Source: a virus
Direction: 5' to 3' (one strand)
DNA length: 64,000 nt
Virus record (IMG/VR): IMGVR_UViG_3300020420_000009
Span: 1-64,000 of that record
The notes below the pieces were generated by a model. The model searched no databases. It was not told the origin of the DNA and saw only the letters and a list, made by a program, of their open reading frames with translations. How positions within the stretch are numbered: position 1 is the stretch's first letter; each line of letters begins with the position of its first letter. The translations under genes were made by a program, and so were the position numbers. This document shows positions 58,085 to 64,000 of the stretch, in pieces.

Positions 58085-59389
58085 ATGTTTTTATCAGAAA
58101 ACTTACAAGAGAAGTGGGAGCCAATTCTAGAACACTCCGATTTACCAAAAATCGAAGACAACTACAAGAAGGCAGTCACAGCAGTAATACTTGAAAACCA
58201 AGAAAAAGCTCTAAACGAAGACAGAGCTGCTCTTGAGGAAGCTGCACCTTTAAACTCTACTGGTAGCTCAATATCTAACTGGGATCCGATTTTAATATCC
58301 CTAGTTCGAAGAGCTATGCCAAATCTCGTTGCTTACGACATTTGCGGTGTTCAACCAATGACAGGCCCTACAGGTCTTATCTTTGCTATGAAAGCAAGAT
58401 ACAATGACTACCCAACAGAAACAAGACTGAACAACTCAGAAGCTTTATTTAATGAAGCTCGTTCAGACTATTCAGGTAGTGCAGACCCAACAGCAGGCCC
58501 AGCAGGTTCCGACCCAATCGGTGACCCGTTTGATACATCTTCACCTTCATACTCAAGCACAACTGGTGCTGGTATGTCTACTGCATCAGCAGAGAGCTTA
58601 GGTGATGGAGCCTCAAACCATTTTGCACAGATGTCTTTCACTATTGAGAAAGCAACTGTCACAGCGAAATCAAGAGCACTCAAAGCAGAGTATACATTAG
58701 AATTAGCACAAGACCTCAAAGCAATCCACGGTCTTGATGCAGAATCAGAACTAGCAAATATTCTTTCATCAGAAATTCTTGCTGAAATCAACAGAGAAGT
58801 TGTAAGAAATGTTAATTTACAAGCTAAAACAGGTGCGTCAGCAACTGCTTCTAGTGGAACATTTAACTTAGATGTTGATGCAAACGGAAGATGGTCTGTA
58901 GAGAAATTCAAAGGTTTATTATTCCAAATTGAAAGAGAATCAAATGTAATTGCAAAAGAAACAAGAAGGGGTAAAGGAAACTTTATTCTTTGTTCTTCTG
59001 ATGTTGCATCTGCACTTTCAATGGCAGGCGTGTTAGATTACACTCCAGCTCTTAACACTAACATCAATGTTGATGACACAGGTAATACATTTGCTGGTGT
59101 CTTAAACGGAAGAGTAAAGGTCTACATTGACCCTTATGCATCTGTTGACTACATGACAGTTGGTTATAGAGGAAGTAATCCTTATGACGCAGGTATGTTC
59201 TATTGCCCATATGTTCCACTACAAATGGTGAGAGCAGTTGGCGAAAACACTTTCCAACCAAAAATCGGTTTCAAAACTAGATATGGTATGGTATCTAATC
59301 CATTCGTAGGTTCAACACCTTCTGACGGTTTAGCAAGTGCTGGAACAAACTTCTACTACAGAAAAATGGCTGTTAGCAATATTCTGTAA
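58085..59389 (+). CDS. gp23: gp23 major capsid protein
   Basis: LVRRAMPNL, GVQPMTGPTGLIFAM, KSRALKAEY, FQPKIGFKTRYG. Confidence 0.97.
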   Translation: MFLSENLQEKWEPILEHSDLPKIEDNYKKAVTAVILENQEKALNEDRAALEEAAPLNSTGSSISNWDPILISLVRRAMPNLVAYDICGVQPMTGPTGLIFAMKARYNDYPTETRLNNSEALFNEARSDYSGSADPTAGPAGSDPIGDPFDTSSPSYSSTTGAGMSTASAESLGDGASNHFAQMSFTIEKATVTAKSRALKAEYTLELAQDLKAIHGLDAESELANILSSEILAEINREVVRNVNLQAKTGASATASSGTFNLDVDANGRWSVEKFKGLLFQIERESNVIAKETRRGKGNFILCSSDVASALSMAGVLDYTPALNTNINVDDTGNTFAGVLNGRVKVYIDPYASVDYMTVGYRGSNPYDAGMFYCPYVPLQMVRAVGENTFQPKIGFKTRYGMVSNPFVGSTPSDGLASAGTNFYYRKMAVSNIL

Positions 59390-59408
59390 TCGAATTCAAT
59401 TTCGAATT

Positions 59409-59437
59409 AAAAACCCTCCGATTGGAGGGTTTTTTTT
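59409..59437. terminator. Bidirectional rho-independent terminator after gp23
   Basis: aaaaaccctcc-gatt-ggagggtttttttt. Confidence 0.88.
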
Positions 59438-59543
59438 ATCTCAAATTTAACTTTTTGAGGGAGAGAACAATTTCTGTTAATTCGTCAATCTTCTCTTCTA
59501 CTCTTTTGATTTGATATTGAACTTCAAAAATTTCATTTTCCAT
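59436..59543 (-). CDS. 35-aa coiled-coil peptide
   Basis: AAGGAG RBS; MENEIFEVQYQIKRVEEKIDELTEIVLSLKKLNLR*. Confidence 0.5.
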   Translation of the reverse strand: MENEIFEVQYQIKRVEEKIDELTEIVLSLKKLNLR

Positions 59544-59544
59544 A

Positions 59545-59766
59545 TTAACACTCCTTACCATATTCAAGAGTTTCACCTGTCATAGGGTCAAGACCTACAA
59601 ACTCAATTAAGAATCTAGTCTTAAGGTCTTCAACGAATCTCTTTTTGTTTTTTGTAAATTCATACCACCCGTCTTTGGTGATACCTTCTTCGAAGTCAAA
59701 GAACTTTTGAAGTCCTTCTTCGTATTTGTTTTCTGCATAAGCATTTGCAAGTTTGAAATAATTCAT
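59545..59766 (-). CDS. Small hypothetical protein (probably early), start at MNYFK
   Basis: AAGGAGG RBS before ATG at 59766; upstream TTGATA-16 nt-TATAAT at about 59813-59840. Confidence 0.65.
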   Translation of the reverse strand: MNYFKLANAYAENKYEEGLQKFFDFEEGITKDGWYEFTKNKKRFVEDLKTRFLIEFVGLDPMTGETLEYGKEC

Positions 59767-59931
59767 TTTTACCTCCTTGGTTTTTTGTTTCATTTCTTTT
59801 TTCATCATGTATATTATACCCAATGTGCAAAAAATATCAAATTTTTAAAAATCTATGGCACACAAATGTCACATAAGGGGTAGCAGTAGCAAGGGTTTTA
59901 TCTTAATGCCAAATAATCGGCCTTTTTTGGC

Positions 59932-59939
59932 TATAAATA
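59932..59939 (+). promoter_or_regulatory. T4-type late promoter in front of the riboswitch
   Basis: TATAAATA. Confidence 0.75.
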
Positions 59940-59946
59940 TATTATA

Positions 59947-60007
59947 ATCGTTCATTCACTCTAAATGTAGCAGTGAACGGAAGTAGGCATGGGGCCGAAG
60001 GAACGCA
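59947..60007 (+). ncRNA. Glutamine riboswitch (glnA RNA motif class)
   Basis: P1 cgttc/gaacg, P2 ttcact/agtgaa, conserved CGGAAGTA, P3 ggc/gcc and GAAGGAACGC 3' end. Confidence 0.85.
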
Positions 60008-60040
60008 TTTTTGTTCAACATTTAAAAACGGAGAATGGAA

Positions 60041-60163
60041 ATGGCAAAACAAGATAAGGCTGACCTCAAGTTAGTATATCGTGGAACTCCTCACAATGGT
60101 GTTTCAGTTAAGTCCAAACCACTGGCCAAAGGTATATACCGTGGTCAGAAGTGGTCTGCTTAA
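60041..60163 (+). CDS. 40-aa DUF4278-like peptide with two YRG motifs
   Basis: MAKQDKADLKLVYRGTPHNGVSVKSKPLAKGIYRGQKWSA*; GGAG RBS; below the ORF-track cutoff. Confidence 0.8.
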   Translation: MAKQDKADLKLVYRGTPHNGVSVKSKPLAKGIYRGQKWSA

Positions 60164-60176
60164 TAACATATATACT

Positions 60177-60227
60177 ATAGTCGAAAGGCAAGGGGGGTCT
60201 GGCATGTCAGATACCCCCGTCTACTAT
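60177..60227 (+). promoter_or_regulatory. Long GC-rich hairpin in the leader of the next gene
   Basis: atagt...aggc-aa-gggggg-tctg-gcatgt-caga-taccccc-gtct-actat; no U tract follows. Confidence 0.5.
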
Positions 60228-60261
60228 TAACACACACATGCAAAACACACAGGAGAAAAAT

Positions 60262-60477
60262 ATGTCTCAAGGAAAATCAGGGTTCGAAATCAGAGCCGAC
60301 TTACTCAATCAAGCACAAGGTCTATTAGAAGGAAATATCTATAGAACCAATGAGGCGATTGGTATTCATAATGATAACTTTCCAAACGATAAGAAACCAT
60401 TAGGTGACCAGTTTGTGTCTACAGAAGAAGTAATATCTACTGCAAGACAGTTGAACGAGTTTGTAAACGAGAAATAA
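60262..60477 (+). CDS. Conserved small phage protein (SGFEIRADLL family)
   Basis: AC-rich leader and AGGAG RBS; ...EEVISTARQLNEFV. Confidence 0.75.
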   Translation: MSQGKSGFEIRADLLNQAQGLLEGNIYRTNEAIGIHNDNFPNDKKPLGDQFVSTEEVISTARQLNEFVNEK

Positions 60478-60490
60478 CCTAAATAGTTAT

Positions 60491-61027
60491 ATGACAACTA
60501 TTAATAAATCATTATTAAGTAAGAATAATTTCAGACTTCTCATAGATAAAGTTCCAAATGTAGAATTTTTTGTGAAGTCTGTTAATATTCCAGGCCTTCA
60601 GTTTACTGAAACTGTTGCAGCTGCTGGTATTGGTTTAGATGCATTCTTTCCAGGCGATAAGATTTCGTTTGAAGCATTGAGTGTATCGTTTTTAGTTGAC
60701 GAAGATTTACAAAACTTCAAGGAAATATTTGACTGGATGGATTCTATTGTTCCAGTTTCAGACCCGTCTGATTTTAAACACTATGTGTCTGCAAAATCGA
60801 CAACTACAGGTGAATCAAGTGCAATTGATAATGACTTGAATCAGTATTCGGATATAACATTGGTCACAAATACTAATAAAAATATCCCTAATAAATACTT
60901 TAGATTCCATGATGCATTCCCTATATCCTTGAGTGGTATAGAATTGGAATCAGGTGCAGACGGTGAAACCGTCATTGCAACTGTGGAATTTAGATTTACA
61001 TATTACGACATAGAATCCACTTCCTAA
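60491..61027 (+). CDS. gp3: gp3-like tail completion protein
   Basis: PNVEFFVKSVNIPG, FLVDEDLQNFKEIFDW, FHDAFPISLSG. Confidence 0.9.
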   Translation: MTTINKSLLSKNNFRLLIDKVPNVEFFVKSVNIPGLQFTETVAAAGIGLDAFFPGDKISFEALSVSFLVDEDLQNFKEIFDWMDSIVPVSDPSDFKHYVSAKSTTTGESSAIDNDLNQYSDITLVTNTNKNIPNKYFRFHDAFPISLSGIELESGADGETVIATVEFRFTYYDIESTS

Positions 61028-61055
61028 AACCACACTTTTGTGATATAATTATATT

Positions 61056-61499
61056 ATGACTTTAGAAGATTTAAAAGCAGAATGGAAAAGTGATTGTGAA
61101 ATTGACGATATCGAACTAGATAAGTCGTCTCTTGAAATCCCTAAACTACATGCAAAGTATTCAGAATATTTGACTGACGCTGTTGTTGCACAAAAAAATA
61201 TACAGTTTCAGTATAATACATTACTTAAAGACAAATGGTTATGGTTCAATGGTAAAATGGACGAAAACAGAATCAAAGAACTTGGTTGGTCAGACGACCC
61301 CTTTGACGGTCTTAAGATTATGAAAAACGATATGCAAGTATTTTTCAATGCAGATACAGACTTACAAAAATTATCTGCACAATTAGAACTTGCAAATATT
61401 AGAATAAACTTTCTCAAAGAGTGTATGCAAAATATCACTTGGAGACACCAAACAATTAAGAATACAATCGACTGGCGTAAGTTCATGGCGGGTTCATAA
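61056..61499 (+). CDS. uvsY: UvsY recombination mediator
   Basis: WKSDCEID...SLEIPKLHAKY...IKNTIDWRKFMAG; TGnTATAAT at 61041-61049. Confidence 0.92.
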   Translation: MTLEDLKAEWKSDCEIDDIELDKSSLEIPKLHAKYSEYLTDAVVAQKNIQFQYNTLLKDKWLWFNGKMDENRIKELGWSDDPFDGLKIMKNDMQVFFNADTDLQKLSAQLELANIRINFLKECMQNITWRHQTIKNTIDWRKFMAGS

Positions 61500-62176
61500 T
61501 GCTTTACAACAACTATTGCAGTATCACACCAAACTTTTTATCACAACAAGATATAGATTATATACATGGTTATTCAACTAATCTTGAAACTATAGATGCA
61601 AAGATTGGTTTTAAGAATGCAGATAGAGATTCACAGAGTGGTGACGGTAATACAGATAATAAAATAAGACAATCAACAAATAAATGGTTAGACCACAATG
61701 ACCCTAATTTTGACCAAGACTTAAAAAGAAAAATCTTTGACGGTATGATGGCTGCAAATCAAATGTCAGGTTGGAATTATGATATCAATGAAATGGAACA
61801 ATGGCAGTATACTTATTATAAACACCAACCCGATTTACCTACAGGTGATTTCTATACATGGCATACAGACGCAGGTGCAGAGCCATATCCAAATGGACAG
61901 ATAAGAAAGTTATCTGCTTCAATTCAATTGTCAGACCCAAATGATTATGAGGGTGGACATTTTCAGTGGATAGAAACTACAAGAGCTTTTGATAATTTAA
62001 AGTTTCAATCACAAATAATTCACTCAGACGACCTAGTTCAGACTGCACCTTTTAGTGGGAAAGAACTTGGTTCTCTATTGGTGTTCCCTTCATGGTTGCA
62101 CCACCAAGTGACACCCGTGACTAGAGGAGTCAGACAATCTCTAGTGATATGGAATACAGGATGGCCTCTGAAATAA
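61499..62176 (+). CDS. 2OG-Fe(II) oxygenase (PKHD-type hydroxylase-like)
   Basis: YTWHTD, RKLSASIQLSDPNDYEGG, FPSWLHHQVTPVTRGVRQSLV. Confidence 0.9.
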   Translation: MLYNNYCSITPNFLSQQDIDYIHGYSTNLETIDAKIGFKNADRDSQSGDGNTDNKIRQSTNKWLDHNDPNFDQDLKRKIFDGMMAANQMSGWNYDINEMEQWQYTYYKHQPDLPTGDFYTWHTDAGAEPYPNGQIRKLSASIQLSDPNDYEGGHFQWIETTRAFDNLKFQSQIIHSDDLVQTAPFSGKELGSLLVFPSWLHHQVTPVTRGVRQSLVIWNTGWPLK

Positions 62177-63582
62177 TTCTCAAGAAGATTGACGAAGTCT
62201 TCATGCAAGTTCAATGTGATGACGGTCTGGCAAGAGACCTCTTCGATTTCTTTTCGTTTACAGTTCCTAATGCAAAGTTTATGCCTTCGGTAAAGAATAG
62301 GTATTGGGACGGTAAGGTTCGTCTATTCTCAATCAAAACAAATAAAATTTACATAGGATTACTTCCATATGTAGACGAGTTTTGTAGAGAAAGAGGATAT
62401 GATATTATAGGTATAAATGATATCATTGGTAATAAAGAGAGACAACCTAACGAAGAGTTTATAGAAGAATTAGGTTTACCTTTTGAACCTAGAGATTATC
62501 AATTAGAAGCATTCAGAACTGCTGTGCAATACGGCAGACAACTATTACTCTCACCAACTGCAAGTGGTAAGTCACTTATCATTTATTTACTTGCAAGATA
62601 TTACAACAAGAAAACTGTTATAATTGTTCCTACAACTTCATTAGTAGAACAAATGACAAAGGATTTTAAAGATTATGGATATGATAAAAAGATTTGTAAA
62701 ATTTATTCGGGTCAGCCTGTATTTGATTCGGACATTACGATTACGACATGGCAGTCATTTAGTAAGGCTCCTAAGAATGTCTTGGAATCTTTCGAGGTCG
62801 TCTTCGGGGACGAAGCCCACCTCTTCAAGGCAACAGTCCTCAAAGGAATCCTTGAAAAAATGAAAAAGACTGCAATTAGATTTGGGACTACTGGAACTTT
62901 AGACGGTTCAGAGTGTCATAGATTGCAACTTGAAGGTATGTTTGGCCCAGTCAAAAAGGTCATAAGCACAAAACAATTAATGGACGAAGGAACAATTGCA
63001 AATTTATCCATAGATTGTGTCATACTAAGTCACACCAAACAAAAGAAATTGTCATACCAAGAAGAAATGGATTACCTTGTTTCTAATGATGCAAGAAATA
63101 TGTTTATTGTAAATCTTGTTAGAAGTCTAAAAGGTAATACTTTATGTTTATTTCAATATGTAGAAAAACATGGTGCAAAATTATTTGATATAATGTCTAA
63201 TACAGACATGGGTGGTAATTTACATTATGTGTATGGTGGAACAGACACAGAGGACAGAGAAGCTGTTAGAGAGATTGTAGAGAATAATAAGGACGATACT
63301 ATCCTTGCATCATATGGAACCTTCTCTACAGGTGTGAATATTAAAAGAATAGACAATATAGTATTTGCAAGTCCTTCTAAATCTAAGATACGGAACCTAC
63401 AATCGATTGGTAGGGGTCTTCGTAAGGTAGAAGGTAAAAGTAAAATGAGATTGTTTGACATTGCAGACGATTTGCAATATGATAATTATACTCTTGGTCA
63501 CCTCAAAGACCGTATAAATATATACAACGAGGAAAGATTCCAATATGAAATCAAACAATTCGAATTAAATGACAACACCTAA
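62161..63582 (+). CDS. uvsW: UvsW DNA helicase
   Basis: PRDYQ, SPTASGKS, DEAH, GTTGT, LQSIGRGLR. Confidence 0.95.
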   Translation: MASEIILKKIDEVFMQVQCDDGLARDLFDFFSFTVPNAKFMPSVKNRYWDGKVRLFSIKTNKIYIGLLPYVDEFCRERGYDIIGINDIIGNKERQPNEEFIEELGLPFEPRDYQLEAFRTAVQYGRQLLLSPTASGKSLIIYLLARYYNKKTVIIVPTTSLVEQMTKDFKDYGYDKKICKIYSGQPVFDSDITITTWQSFSKAPKNVLESFEVVFGDEAHLFKATVLKGILEKMKKTAIRFGTTGTLDGSECHRLQLEGMFGPVKKVISTKQLMDEGTIANLSIDCVILSHTKQKKLSYQEEMDYLVSNDARNMFIVNLVRSLKGNTLCLFQYVEKHGAKLFDIMSNTDMGGNLHYVYGGTDTEDREAVREIVENNKDDTILASYGTFSTGVNIKRIDNIVFASPSKSKIRNLQSIGRGLRKVEGKSKMRLFDIADDLQYDNYTLGHLKDRINIYNEERFQYEIKQFELNDNT

Positions 63583-64000
63583 AGACTTAATACCACAAAG
63601 ATACGAAGTTCTAAAATTAAGAACTGGTTCTGAAATTGTTGGAATGGTTAGAGACACAGAACAAGGTGTCGAAATAACCTTACCTATGATTTGTCAATTA
63701 GAAGTCGTTCCCGATAAAAGTGCAACTCTTGCTACTTTTTACCCATACTCACCTTTGAGTTCTGACCCAACAGTTCAAATACCTTATGATTTAATTGCAC
63801 ATAGAAATACTATGAATGACCAGTTTGTAAATTTCTATGACGAGGCAAGTTCAAAATGGTTTGACATGGTTGAGAATAAAAAGATACCATTGGTGACGAA
63901 TCCTAAAACAGCTCATAGAGATTATATCAAAAGAGTCGTTGACGAATTAATGAATGCAACAGGTGGCCCAATCACAGAAAGAGAAGAAAGAATGTTGAGA
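63569..64000 (+). CDS. Conserved Sm-like-fold hypothetical protein after uvsW (3' truncated)
   Basis: MTTPKDLIPQRYEVLKLRTGSEIVG...; open to the window end. Confidence 0.65.
   Translation, partial: MTTPKDLIPQRYEVLKLRTGSEIVGMVRDTEQGVEITLPMICQLEVVPDKSATLATFYPYSPLSSDPTVQIPYDLIAHRNTMNDQFVNFYDEASSKWFDMVENKKIPLVTNPKTAHRDYIKRVVDELMNATGGPITEREERMLR

Noticed and set aside
49814-59389. Introns, inteins or stop-codon recoding in terminase, portal or capsid genes
   Set aside because: All are uninterrupted and of normal length under the standard code.

Overview
The window is a contiguous 64 kb segment of an AT-rich, T4-like (marine-type) myovirus genome. It runs from gp32 through a leftward tail/hub module (tape-measure-like gene, gp51/gp26, gp54, gp2, gp4), the baseplate (gp48, gp53, hub, gp5, gp25, gp6, gp7, gp8, a 2223-aa DUF4815/VrlC-like protein) and a ~13 kb fibre locus. 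It continues through a protein/sugar-modification cluster, neck/terminase/tail/head genes (gp13-gp23), gp3, uvsY and uvsW. T4 late promoters (TATAAATA) punctuate it. Accessory genes include a DNA methyltransferase, ribosomal protein bS21, KdsB, a HAD phosphatase, 2OG-Fe(II) oxygenases and a PRMT-like methyltransferase between terS and terL. A glnA-class glutamine riboswitch sits in front of an un-called YRG-motif (DUF4278-like) peptide. The most unusual element is the fibre locus (29.7-45.5 kb). It encodes a set of proteins with recurring terminal motifs that look like a plug-and-socket code for a polymeric, possibly branched fibre. This ends in two Gln/Pro/Tyr-rich mirror-repeat proteins, one split at its centre by a non-splicing Hint domain that would leave a C-terminal Gly-Gly-Gly, and is followed by a glycosyltransferase and hydroxylases. 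All calls rest on motif recognition and synteny by eye; no database searches or folding computations were run.
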